Virus record (IMG/VR): IMGVR_UViG_3300043037_000115
Direction: 5' to 3' (one strand)
Source: an uncultured virus (IMG/VR IMGVR_UViG_3300043037_000115)
Taxonomy: Duplodnaviria > Heunggongvirae > Uroviricota > Caudoviricetes
DNA length: 20,000 nucleotides
In this document: piece after piece, positions 8,972 to 16,903 of the stretch
Layout of the letters: every line of letters starts with the position of its first letter
Position numbering within the stretch: position 1 is the first letter of the stretch
Notes under the pieces: model-generated
Told to the model about the DNA's origin: nothing
The model's database searches: none
Seen by the model: the letters and a program-made list of their open reading frames with translations, nothing else
Position numbers and translations under genes: made by a program

Positions 8972-8982
8972 GGTTTATTCCC

Positions 8983-9411
8983 CTAGAACTTGGCGGCAAG
9001 GCCGCTGGTGTTGACGGTTTCTTCACCGCCGGGCTTCTGATCGGGCGAAGAAAATTCAAACAGCCCGTGGGCCTGACGCCCTTCAAGCCAGTTGAAGAAG
9101 TGATCTTCAACGGTTTTCTTTCCTTCGCCCTCGCTGAAGCAGATTTCATCGCCGGGCTTGCCGCCAAGGCGCTCTGCAAACGCGAGGATGCGGTCTTTTT
9201 CCGCGGGCAGCACTTTGCCATCCTTGATCAGGGCATCAACCTTGGCCGTGCGGGCCTCTTTGGCCTTTGCCGCCTGTGCCTCGGCGAAGCTCTTTTCTGC
9301 CGCTTCCCTGGCCTTGTTGGCATCGGCTGCGGACTTGTCGGCATCGGCCTTTTCCTTTTCCAGCCGGGCGTTGTCCGCCTTCAGTTTTTCAATGAGTTCC
9401 TTGTCGCCCAT
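8983..9411 (-). CDS. Nested in-frame scaffolding protein (Mu gpZ-like), 142 aa
   Basis: Internal GGAG-AACACA-ATG at 9411, in frame with the protease, right after a Pro/Gln linker and at the start of the coiled-coil. Confidence 0.6.
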   Translation of the reverse strand: MGDKELIEKLKADNARLEKEKADADKSAADANKAREAAEKSFAEAQAAKAKEARTAKVDALIKDGKVLPAEKDRILAFAERLGGKPGDEICFSEGEGKKTVEDHFFNWLEGRQAHGLFEFSSPDQKPGGEETVNTSGLAAKF

Positions 9412-9876
9412 TGTGTTCTCCGTGCCGGTGATACCCGGCTGGTTTGGTGCCGGTTGCCCCGGCGTCTCCGAAAAGTCGAAGTGAATCTCAGTTGTGTCTT
9501 CTCCGGAGCCGAGGTTGATATCGCCCAAGCCTTTGATAGCTGGCGGGGTCGCTCCGAGCAGGCCGACATGCCGGAGGGTTCCATCCGGGTAGAGACTCAT
9601 GCTGACCTTTTTATAGTGGCCATTATCCACGGCTTTCTTCAGGCTGTCGGGAACCTGGGCAAACTGTGCCAATAAATATTCCCCTTCACGTTTGAGACGA
9701 TTCACCCACCCGAAAGCCGGGCCGTTGTTCGCAGGATGGCCCAGCACCAGCGGGGCTTCGTGGTCCTTGGGGTTATAGGCGGCCACGACTTTGTCGAAGT
9801 CTGCCTCCGTCAGTTGCACCTGCTGGCCGGACATGGCGGTATGCAGGCCGGTGCGGCCTATCTTGGTCCATTTCAT
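8983..9876 (-). CDS. Prohead protease/scaffold (Mu gpI-like), 297 aa; true start ATG 9876, not 10137
   Basis: AAGGAG precedes ATG 9876. Motifs APLVLGHP...PAFGWV, YKKVS.S.Y and LRHVGLLGA.PPAIKGL; coiled-coil scaffold C-terminus with GKVLPAE. Confidence 0.9.
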   Translation of the reverse strand: MKWTKIGRTGLHTAMSGQQVQLTEADFDKVVAAYNPKDHEAPLVLGHPANNGPAFGWVNRLKREGEYLLAQFAQVPDSLKKAVDNGHYKKVSMSLYPDGTLRHVGLLGATPPAIKGLGDINLGSGEDTTEIHFDFSETPGQPAPNQPGITGTENTMGDKELIEKLKADNARLEKEKADADKSAADANKAREAAEKSFAEAQAAKAKEARTAKVDALIKDGKVLPAEKDRILAFAERLGGKPGDEICFSEGEGKKTVEDHFFNWLEGRQAHGLFEFSSPDQKPGGEETVNTSGLAAKF

Positions 9877-9898
9877 GGCGTTTCTCCTTGGGGGTTGG

Positions 9899-9927
9899 TT
9901 GACTCGCCGGAATGGCGGGCGTATTCT
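9899..9927 (+). promoter_or_regulatory. Sigma70-like promoter antisense to the late operon
   Basis: TTGACT (9899-9904), 17-nt spacer, TATTCT (9922-9927); predicted +1 near A9934. Confidence 0.6.
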
Positions 9928-9933
9928 ATAAGC

Positions 9934-10033
9934 AGATAGTTCATGCGGCGTACCCTGAACCTCGTCCGGGTGAGGGTAGAAGCAAGGGTGTCGCAGGCTC
10001 GGAAGCCCGGTTCTTCCGGGCCATTGTTTTTTT
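9934..10033 (+). ncRNA. Candidate ~100-nt structured small RNA between muF and the protease gene
   Basis: Upstream promoter; outer stem 9944-9956/9985-9995; inner hairpin 9960-9975; terminal hairpin 10005-10021 followed by a T7 tract. The stems contain G-U pairs that form only on the + strand. Confidence 0.5.
10005..10033 (+). terminator. Intrinsic terminator-like hairpin
   Basis: GCCCGG-ttctt-CCGGGC followed by CATTG and TTTTTTT (10027-10033). The U-tract is offset by 5 nt, so it is not a textbook terminator. Confidence 0.5.
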
Positions 10034-11312
10034 AGGGCTCGCGGTACAGCAGCGCTCCCTGCCGCTGGCGCTCCATGTATTTGAGCATGGCAGCTTCGTT
10101 GCCGAGCTTGGGGGTAAAGGTGGTGGCTCCCTGCCATTCACGGCCCCGCACCAGATTGAACACGGCAAAGCCCCCAATCCTGGCTTCCTCCTCATCCCGG
10201 AACAGCCTGATCAGCCGCAACACCGGCATAGGCTTTCCTGCCACCTCCGCTGGCACCTGCCAGACCTCCCACGGTTCTTTGACAGTTCTGGCCAACAGCT
10301 TCAGATATTGCTCACGGCCACTCTTCAGCACTTTCCAACCGCCTGTTTTCTTGTCGATAAACAATCCCTTGCCGATAACGACGGGGATACCGCCCGGAAT
10401 CGTATGCACAGCGCTGGCATTGATATCGGCAAGGTTGAACTCTTTGAGGAAGGCAGCCACATACTCTTCCGCCTTCAGGCCCCCGGGCAGAATGTCCTTT
10501 GCCGTAACCGGCAGGATGTGGCGCTTGGCCAATGAGGCCAGTGGCGGCCTGCACGGGGCACCGGCTTGTGGATCGGCAAAGGATGTGCCGCCGGTGCGGC
10601 AAAGCGTGGGAAGAGGCAGGTCTTTGATCTTGGCGTCCAGTTCCGAAGGTGCGAGTCCATGTAACCAGTCTTGCCCCACGTTTCCCGCAAAGCCGGCATC
10701 GGGCACCGGGCGACGGGCCGGAAGACGATTGCCTGTGCGCGGGTCCACCGGTTCAATGAGGTCCGGCATATCCTTCTGGATTTCCACACCGCTTTGCTTG
10801 GCCTGCCGCTCAGAAAGCGTTTGCACTGTGCAGCGGCAGGCGAAGCCGTTGGGTGGATAATAGGTGCTCCAGAATTCATGATCGTGGGGATAGACAAGCC
10901 CATGCAGCGCCAAATGATCCGGGCGGGTGCGTTTGTCGGCCACGGCCACATAGCGCCAGTAGGGACGCAAAGCCGTGGTACGCTGCATCTGTGCATAACG
11001 CCCGGCCATGTAGGCGCTCTGTACGTTGGTGCGGTAGATGTTCTCCAGCCGCCAGCGCGGCAGCCTGGCTCCCTCCAGTACGGCGTCCATACGCCCCTTG
11101 AAGTCTTTGAGAGTTTCCCCGTTGGCCATGGCTTCATGGACAGCCTGTTGCACGGCGGCTATCTGGTCCTGCCGGGACAGCCCCGACACGGCGAAGGCAC
11201 GTGCGCGGGCCTGCCCGGAAAGGTTCTTGAACACCTCCGGGGTGACGGACACCTTGTCCTGCCAATAGGCAAGGGCCTCTTTGGGGGGCAGCGCTACAGG
11301 CTCAACGGTCAT
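10032..11312 (-). CDS. MuF (gpF / SPP1 gp7-family) minor head protein with C-terminal PBECR2-like nuclease extension, 426 aa
   Basis: MuF motifs RL.NIYRTN..SAY.AGRY, YWRY.AV.D.RTRP.H..LHG and YPPNGF.CRC. The extra C-terminal ~150 aa (REQYL.LLA.T.KEP.EVW...WQG.T.F...Y...QR.G.LLY) resembles PBECR2 domains from memory. Start moved to ATG 11312, overlapping the portal end. Confidence 0.88.
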   Translation of the reverse strand: MTVEPVALPPKEALAYWQDKVSVTPEVFKNLSGQARARAFAVSGLSRQDQIAAVQQAVHEAMANGETLKDFKGRMDAVLEGARLPRWRLENIYRTNVQSAYMAGRYAQMQRTTALRPYWRYVAVADKRTRPDHLALHGLVYPHDHEFWSTYYPPNGFACRCTVQTLSERQAKQSGVEIQKDMPDLIEPVDPRTGNRLPARRPVPDAGFAGNVGQDWLHGLAPSELDAKIKDLPLPTLCRTGGTSFADPQAGAPCRPPLASLAKRHILPVTAKDILPGGLKAEEYVAAFLKEFNLADINASAVHTIPGGIPVVIGKGLFIDKKTGGWKVLKSGREQYLKLLARTVKEPWEVWQVPAEVAGKPMPVLRLIRLFRDEEEARIGGFAVFNLVRGREWQGATTFTPKLGNEAAMLKYMERQRQGALLYREP

Positions 11313-12873
11313 CGGGCTTGCTCTGCATGGCGTAACGGCCGAAGAGGTCCGCATTGGTCAACAGGTCGCCCATGAAAGCGGCTTGCTCATCCTCGTCCAT
11401 GGACTTGCCGAGCAGCTCCGCCAGCATGAGCTGCAAGTCCTCCCACGATTCTGCGGCCTGCAGCACAGTCTTGACCTCGGCCATGAATTTCTCATTTCGC
11501 TTGGCAGCTTCCGGCAGGCTCGTTTTCACGAAGGCATCTAAAACTTGTTGATACGGGTCCGAATTGCCTGCCGTATCGTGCTCGGCAAAGTCCGTGTCTC
11601 CGGCTGCAGTGGCGTTGGGTTCTTTGTGATTCGGCGCGTCTTCTGGTTCGCCATCCAGCTCGAACTCATCTTCCGTGAGATCATAGGTCCTCACGAAATA
11701 GGTTTTCTTGAACCGCACACCGAGATTCTTCAGCTTGGTGTCCAATTCAGCCTGCGCGGCGTAGTCATCAGGTTCCACGTAACCGAAGAGAGGCGCAAAT
11801 TCGCCCGCCGCGTTGACCTGCATATAGGCCCACGCGATATTGTTCATGGCGGTTTCCACCATGAGAGCGTCAGCATCAGAATAATCGCCAAGTAGTTGGT
11901 AATGGGTCTGCGTGGCCGCGTTGGAGTGCCCGTTCCCCACATCGCTGGTCAGGGTCTGCCCCTTGATCACCTTGTTGATGGATTTGTCCCAGTGGGTGAT
12001 GAATTCAAGGTGCTGGGAACCACCCTTGGCAGAAAACTCCACGGCCTCCACCTTGGCCCCGTTTGGCACGACGGCAACAGCGTCCTGCACCATGGCGGCA
12101 AGGTCGGCGGCCATGCGGTTGATCTCGGGCTGTGTGGCACTGGCGCGGGCGGTGCCGAGCAGCCACGGCTGCCCGTATTTCTCCGTGAACCGGCACCAGA
12201 ATTCGATGCCGCCACGCTTGAAGGCCACAGGCCAGAGGCAACGGGACAGGAGACGCAGCCCATACGGGTTCTTGTAGGTGGGAAAATGGCGGGCCAGCAC
12301 AAACTTATACGGGTGCACCGGCCGGGCCTGCGTAAAGAACTCACCCCGGAACATGAGCCGGTTGTCATCATCGAAGGCAAACCACTCCACCGGTTTTGGG
12401 TCAGCCGCGACCAGGCGAAGCCGTCCACCATCCGGGACAAACACAAGTTCTATGGGCGTCATGCCGAAGTACGGCGCATCGAGAATGCCACTGATCAGCA
12501 CATCCATGTCCAATTGCTCAAAGTCCCGGACAATATCGTCGCACAGCCGTTCGGCCTGTGCAGTGGGCTCCTCCCCATTGGCGGCCCCCGGAGAAAAACG
12601 ATACTCGCGGCGGTTCAAGGTCTTGAGCTTGCGGGACTGAATAGCCTGTGTGACCTCATCATCGGCCATAAGGTCTTCCAATACGTGGACGCTGTCCCCA
12701 CGTTTACGGAGCACCGGATCAGGGTCCGGCAGCCAGCCCAATGCTGCACCAAGATCAAAACCGCCAAGGGCATTGCGGCGGGTGGCGAGTTGCTCTCCCA
12801 GTGCAGCGCGATCGGCGGCGCTGGAAAAATCAATCACGGACCCATCAGGTCCGTACAATACGGGTGTCTTCAT
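11302..12873 (-). CDS. Portal protein (Mu gp29 / DUF935), 523 aa
   Basis: Motifs ILDAPYFG..P.E, NPYG..LL..C.WP..FK, F.EKYGQP and I.K.I.GQTLTS; follows the terminase. Confidence 0.93.
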   Translation of the reverse strand: MKTPVLYGPDGSVIDFSSAADRAALGEQLATRRNALGGFDLGAALGWLPDPDPVLRKRGDSVHVLEDLMADDEVTQAIQSRKLKTLNRREYRFSPGAANGEEPTAQAERLCDDIVRDFEQLDMDVLISGILDAPYFGMTPIELVFVPDGGRLRLVAADPKPVEWFAFDDDNRLMFRGEFFTQARPVHPYKFVLARHFPTYKNPYGLRLLSRCLWPVAFKRGGIEFWCRFTEKYGQPWLLGTARASATQPEINRMAADLAAMVQDAVAVVPNGAKVEAVEFSAKGGSQHLEFITHWDKSINKVIKGQTLTSDVGNGHSNAATQTHYQLLGDYSDADALMVETAMNNIAWAYMQVNAAGEFAPLFGYVEPDDYAAQAELDTKLKNLGVRFKKTYFVRTYDLTEDEFELDGEPEDAPNHKEPNATAAGDTDFAEHDTAGNSDPYQQVLDAFVKTSLPEAAKRNEKFMAEVKTVLQAAESWEDLQLMLAELLGKSMDEDEQAAFMGDLLTNADLFGRYAMQSKPDDR

Positions 12874-12883
12874 GTAATCCTCG

Positions 12884-14356
12884 TTAGTATCCGTGCGTCA
12901 TTCTGCGGGCCATTCCACCACCAGCGGTTGCACAGGCCCACTCCTCACCGGCTTCGATGCTGTTGCGGGCATACAGGGCCAAAGCCAGTGCCACAGCGCT
13001 GTCGCAGTGACGTTGCCCATCTTTGCCCTTGATGCTGGCCTCCGGCGGGCGTGCAATGCCCTTGAACACCTTGATGCCGCGTAAATCGTCCAGCACTCCG
13101 GCATCCTTGGGTAGCAGTATGGTGCGGTCTTCCAGCCGGGCCTTGAGCGGGGGCATGTGCTCCCGGTACCAGCCCTGTGACAGCATCACCTCTTGGATCA
13201 GCTCCGGGCCGTACCGCTGCCGGGCGTATTCCGCGAGGGCCTGCCCGTTGCCGCGTGCGTCCAGCGCCCCACCGGAAAAGCGCGGCAGGCGGTCTACAAA
13301 GTAGGCCAGCATCTGTTCCTGTGTGCGGTACGGGGCGTTGCGGAGTTCCAGCAGGAACGGTGTAACGAGGGAAAGGTTCTCCAGTTCGAGAAGCGGAACA
13401 TCGACGGTCAGGTCACCGGAACGGCCGAAGTCTTCACCGAAAAAATGACGGCCCCCACCATATTCACGGTGGAGCTTATCCAGCAGGGGACGGAGTTCGC
13501 CTTCGCACCAGTCCTGCACCTCGCGGTAGGCCCGGTCCAGTGGCCAGTCCACGAAGTTCGCCGTGGGAGGAGACCAACGCAGCACGGGGATCTCGGCACT
13601 CATGCAAGGTTCAATAAGGTTGCGGCTTAGCCAATTGCCGCTTGAGCGGCTGGGGACGCAGAAGAGTTCCTCGTCCGCGCCATCGCCATAATCGGCAATA
13701 AGCTTCTGCCGCCATCGAGTCTCCGCTTCCGCGCTCCACGTCAGGCCTTTGGCCGAGCAGATGGCTTTGTACAGCCCTTCGGCCAACGCATCATCAAGGT
13801 CGGTGCGGTGCAGAGAGTACTCCCGTTTTCCCGCCCTGATATCCTGAATATATTGGTTGAACTCGGAATCTTCGCCGTTGTGTGTGGAGATTACGGCCAC
13901 GTCGCCGCCCCACATGGTGAGCGCGATGGCGGCCTTGAGCAGTTCGCCGAGGTCCTCTACGAACGCGGCTTCGTCTATCCGCACCCGGCCCTGCTTGGAG
14001 CGCAGGTTTGAAGGATTGGACGAAAGGCCTTGCACCACATGACCGGAAGCGAACCGGACCTGATAAATGGTGACGTCCTTGTCCTCATCCGCCAGCACGA
14101 TTTCTTCCAGTTCTCCGGCAACAAGGTTGAACTTCTTGGCCCAGCTCGCCACATCGGCCACATACTGCCTGGTCATGTCTTTGTTGTAGGAGAGGTAGTA
14201 TGTGGACATGCCGCCATCATCCTTGACCTTGGAGGCAACAAGGGCGCTGTCCGCGGCATCGCCCCACGAGGCGCCGATACGGCGGGATTTCTCCCAGAAT
14301 TTGACCGGGGCGCGGTCGTTGATCCAACGCTTCTGGTACGGCAGCAGCTTGGCCAT
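12884..14356 (-). CDS. Terminase large subunit (Mu gp28-like), 490 aa
   Basis: LLPYQ..W, Walker A EKSRRIGASW, Walker B IDEAAF, ISTHNG, and nuclease motifs GEDFGRSGD and HCDSA. Confidence 0.95.
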   Translation of the reverse strand: MAKLLPYQKRWINDRAPVKFWEKSRRIGASWGDAADSALVASKVKDDGGMSTYYLSYNKDMTRQYVADVASWAKKFNLVAGELEEIVLADEDKDVTIYQVRFASGHVVQGLSSNPSNLRSKQGRVRIDEAAFVEDLGELLKAAIALTMWGGDVAVISTHNGEDSEFNQYIQDIRAGKREYSLHRTDLDDALAEGLYKAICSAKGLTWSAEAETRWRQKLIADYGDGADEELFCVPSRSSGNWLSRNLIEPCMSAEIPVLRWSPPTANFVDWPLDRAYREVQDWCEGELRPLLDKLHREYGGGRHFFGEDFGRSGDLTVDVPLLELENLSLVTPFLLELRNAPYRTQEQMLAYFVDRLPRFSGGALDARGNGQALAEYARQRYGPELIQEVMLSQGWYREHMPPLKARLEDRTILLPKDAGVLDDLRGIKVFKGIARPPEASIKGKDGQRHCDSAVALALALYARNSIEAGEEWACATAGGGMARRMTHGY

Positions 14357-14368
14357 CAGATGATCTCC

Positions 14369-14965
14369 CTACAATATCTCGCGGATACGGGCTTCCAGAT
14401 CAGCGGAGAGCCCCTTGGTCTTGGTGGTATCTTCCGCGGGCCTGGCTGCAGCTTCCATCTCTGTCACCAGCTTCAGTGCCTTTTGCACGTCGGCTACGGC
14501 CTTGAAGTCAATATCCTCCGGCGAGGCAAGCAGCATGGCCAGCTTGGTTTCAATGGCTTCACGCAGGGCTTTGACGGCGTCTCCGGCGGTGCGGATGGGG
14601 CGTTTTTCACTTCGGGTGGCAGCTTCCAGAGCCTTGCCCGCGCGTTCCGCTTCGGCCTGTCGCATGGCCAGAGATTCCAGCGAGGCCACGGCAAAGCCGG
14701 TTTGGGCATCTTTCGAATCGATCAACTTCTTCAGCATGACCGACCGGGCCATGATGGTGTCCGCACGAAGTTCCGCCTCGGCCTGTGCGATACGGTCCCG
14801 CTTTTTGCGCCAGCCGTACTTCTCTGACCACCGCTTGAGCGTAGATTCGGCGACACCGACTTCCTTGGCGACCTCCCGGTAAGACAAGCGGGCCACGCAG
14901 TAGAGTTCCTGCGACTTCCAGACTGTTTCCGGCTGATGTTCACGCCCGCGTTGAATGGTGCCCAT
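14369..14965 (-). CDS. Probable terminase small subunit (N-terminal HTH; Mu gp27 position), 198 aa
   Basis: HTH LSYREVAKEVGVAESTLKRWSEKYGW; C-terminal KGLSAD...IREIL; directly upstream of the large terminase. Confidence 0.75.
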   Translation of the reverse strand: MGTIQRGREHQPETVWKSQELYCVARLSYREVAKEVGVAESTLKRWSEKYGWRKKRDRIAQAEAELRADTIMARSVMLKKLIDSKDAQTGFAVASLESLAMRQAEAERAGKALEAATRSEKRPIRTAGDAVKALREAIETKLAMLLASPEDIDFKAVADVQKALKLVTEMEAAARPAEDTTKTKGLSADLEARIREIL

Positions 14966-14969
14966 GGTA

Positions 14970-15266
14970 CTAGCCCCGGCTCAGGTTGGGACGCTTGACA
15001 CCCGGCGCGGTGGCGCGGCACTTGGCCACGTCTTCGCCTCTGGCGGTAAGGGTGGCCACAAGGCAGGAATCTCCATCCAGCGTTACAAGGCCTTGTTCAG
15101 CAAGCCACGCCAGTTCCGTACGCATTTTGTCCCTGCTGGGGGCGAAACCGTATTCACCCACGGCATCAGCAATGAGGCTTTCGTTAGAGCGCATGGCAGG
15201 CGATTCATCCAGCAAGCGCAAAATGGTGATGCGCAGATGTTCCGTTACATGTTCCGAATAACTCAC
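14970..15266 (-). CDS. Mu gp26-like winged-helix protein, 98 aa
   Basis: Pattern R..ILRLL......NES.....SRD....L.WL.EQGLV......ATLTARG.DVA.....PGVKRP; GGAGG RBS and GTGA overlap. Confidence 0.85.
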   Translation of the reverse strand: MSYSEHVTEHLRITILRLLDESPAMRSNESLIADAVGEYGFAPSRDKMRTELAWLAEQGLVTLDGDSCLVATLTARGEDVAKCRATAPGVKRPNLSRG

Positions 15267-15589
15267 TTGCTTCCTCCATTAAGCAGATAACTTTCCTGCC
15301 GCTCCAGAACGCGGTCCAGTTTGTCCACAACACGCTCCACACCACCAAGTTTTTCATTGGTGGCACGGACATCACCGCGTAGCCCTTCGATGGCCAGCGC
15401 GAGATTATGCAGGGCCTTGCTGTCCGGCGCGCAATCCAGCTTTTCTTCATTGGCCTTCACGCGGCTTCGCAGCTCTATGACATCCTTACGCAGGGACCAG
15501 ATTTCTTTGATCAGCCACATGGCCAGGGGGACGAATAGAATTTGAGCGAGACGTAGCAGGAAATTGAGAAGGTCCCAGTTGATTTCCAT
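15263..15589 (-). CDS. Mu gp25-like (DUF2730-like) membrane-anchored coiled-coil protein, 108 aa
   Basis: N-terminal hydrophobic segment, coiled-coil and C-terminal YLLN; located before the gp26-like gene. Confidence 0.7.
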   Translation of the reverse strand: MEINWDLLNFLLRLAQILFVPLAMWLIKEIWSLRKDVIELRSRVKANEEKLDCAPDSKALHNLALAIEGLRGDVRATNEKLGGVERVVDKLDRVLERQESYLLNGGSK

Positions 15590-16197
15590 CAGCGGCCTCC
15601 ACGTCGCAGCTTGGCGAGCTTGTCCATAAGCCCTTCGGGCTGCATTCCCGCTTCTGCCATTTTTTCAGCAGTGCGCTGCCCCGTGTACGAGCGGAACATG
15701 GCGGCGAAGGTAGTGCCTATGGTGCCGATGAGCCAGCAGACCACATACGTTATGACGTCTGCACTGGCGGAAGTCAGGCCACCCCATACGCAGGCCGCTA
15801 CCACAAGCGGAACCGCGATAAAGCACAGGAGCAGAAAACCCCATGCATAGATGCGAAGCAGCTTGGGACGGGTCTGGCGGACGTACTCGTCCTGCGAGGC
15901 AAGTTCCGCCTTGGCAAGCCCCCGGCCTCCCTCAATGTCGGAGAGTTCGATTTCCGCCATGCGCTCCTTATGGCGCTGGCCAGCGAGTTCCAGCCGGGTG
16001 CGTTGCTCAGGGGTAAGAGGCTGTGTTCCGGCCTCGTTCAGGCCATCGGAGACCATGGAGAGGCCGTCCTTGATCTTCTTGCCGGTGTCACCGCCGACAG
16101 CTTCGGCAATGTCGCCAACGGTATCGATCAGGCTGACAACCTGTCCCACGCCCGGAACGAGCTTGAGCAGATTTTTACCAATGTTGAGGAGTCCCAT
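15589..16197 (-). CDS. Holin-like membrane protein (3TM-holin-like), 202 aa
   Basis: Directly after the endolysin; motif AR..A..E..SQD.YV..TRP, two hydrophobic helices, then Y.G.RT.EK. Confidence 0.65.
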   Translation of the reverse strand: MGLLNIGKNLLKLVPGVGQVVSLIDTVGDIAEAVGGDTGKKIKDGLSMVSDGLNEAGTQPLTPEQRTRLELAGQRHKERMAEIELSDIEGGRGLAKAELASQDEYVRQTRPKLLRIYAWGFLLLCFIAVPLVVAACVWGGLTSASADVITYVVCWLIGTIGTTFAAMFRSYTGQRTAEKMAEAGMQPEGLMDKLAKLRRGGR

Positions 16198-16200
16198 ACG

Positions 16201-16698
16201 CTACCCCCTCAACGCCAGTTCCCGCAGTTCCGTCACGGAATGCAGGCCATTCGTTGTCAGGTTCTGCTGGCCGTTGTGCCAGATGGTGAGTTCCTGTCGA
16301 CGCGGCATAGTGTCAGGACCGGGGGAAGCGATGTGTACCCAGCGGTCATGCTCGTTGATCAGCTGCTTGTAGCCAAGGTTCTGGCTGCTGATTAACCGCG
16401 CCACATCAAGGGGATTGCGACCGGGAACGATAATGTCCGCCGCAAGGCCGGTGAGGTGGTCGGAGGAGGGGGAACCGCCAATGTGGTCATTGAGCCACTG
16501 GGGCCGGTAGCCGCTGGAAATGGTGATAGGCCCCAGCGCTTCCCGTATGGGCTGCAGCAGGGTCAGGCAAAGGAACTGAAGATTGTTGAAAACCGTGGAG
16601 CCGAGCTCCACTTCGATGGGGTGGCCAAACCGTTCAGCAGTCTGGCTTCGGGTGAATTCGTCGAGGAAGAAATTGGGGGAAAGTGAAATACGTGACAT
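16201..16698 (-). CDS. Endolysin, peptidase M15A family Zn-peptidase, 165 aa
   Basis: LSPNF.L.EF..S.TA, ISSGYR...LN..IGG...S.H..G.AAD and WVH (Zn ligands H, D, H); first gene of the late operon. Confidence 0.9.
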   Translation of the reverse strand: MSRISLSPNFFLDEFTRSQTAERFGHPIEVELGSTVFNNLQFLCLTLLQPIREALGPITISSGYRPQWLNDHIGGSPSSDHLTGLAADIIVPGRNPLDVARLISSQNLGYKQLINEHDRWVHIASPGPDTMPRRQELTIWHNGQQNLTTNGLHSVTELRELALRG

Positions 16699-16733
16699 TG
16701 TCCATGCTCCCGTAGGGTTAGAGTCATGGACAA
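16698..16733 (-). promoter_or_regulatory. Hairpin occluding the endolysin RBS and start codon
   Basis: TTGTCCATG (16698-16706) pairs with CATGGACAA (16725-16733), plus CTC/GAG (16707-16709/16721-16723). The stem covers GGGAG and the A of the ATG. Confidence 0.7.
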
Positions 16734-16774
16734 AATAGGTTATTCAGGGGTAAATATCGGGAAATGAGGCGGAG

Positions 16775-16792
16775 TATGCACTATATACACTA
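16775..16792. repeat. 9-bp tandem direct repeat TATGCACTA/TATACACTA upstream of the late operon; candidate activator site
   Basis: Read directly, 8/9 identity; about 40-55 nt upstream of a TATTTT -10-like hexamer (16737-16732) on the minus strand. Confidence 0.45.
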
Positions 16793-16870
16793 AGTTGCCA
16801 AAGGTGTTGTTTCCAGAGGGGTATGAGGCCTATGTAAAAAATCTAAGCAGCCCTAACCGCGTTGCATGAT

Positions 16871-16899
16871 TTGCTATATTTGACAACTTTGAATATTGT
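16871..16899 (+). promoter_or_regulatory. Sigma70-like promoter of the retron
   Basis: TTGCTA (16871-16876), 17-nt spacer, TATTGT (16894-16899). The predicted +1 near 16905-16907 coincides with the start of the first inverted-repeat arm. Confidence 0.65.
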
Positions 16900-16903
16900 C
16901 CTT

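Noticed and set aside
7544..8986. 480-aa + strand ORF (likewise 11896..13032, 14030..14827 and 9912..10535)
   Set aside because: Antisense shadows of capsid, portal, terminase and muF genes with low-information composition.
9877..10137. N-terminal 87 aa of the 384-aa ORF 8983..10137
   Set aside because: Overlaps muF and the structured intergenic region; the strong RBS and protease homology begin at ATG 9876.
9941..10195. 84-aa minus-strand ORF as a possible immunity protein for the MuF nuclease
   Set aside because: Mostly overlaps muF out of frame, is Pro/Ser/Arg-rich and lacks a convincing RBS; it does not look like a real protein, though proteomics would be needed to exclude it fully.
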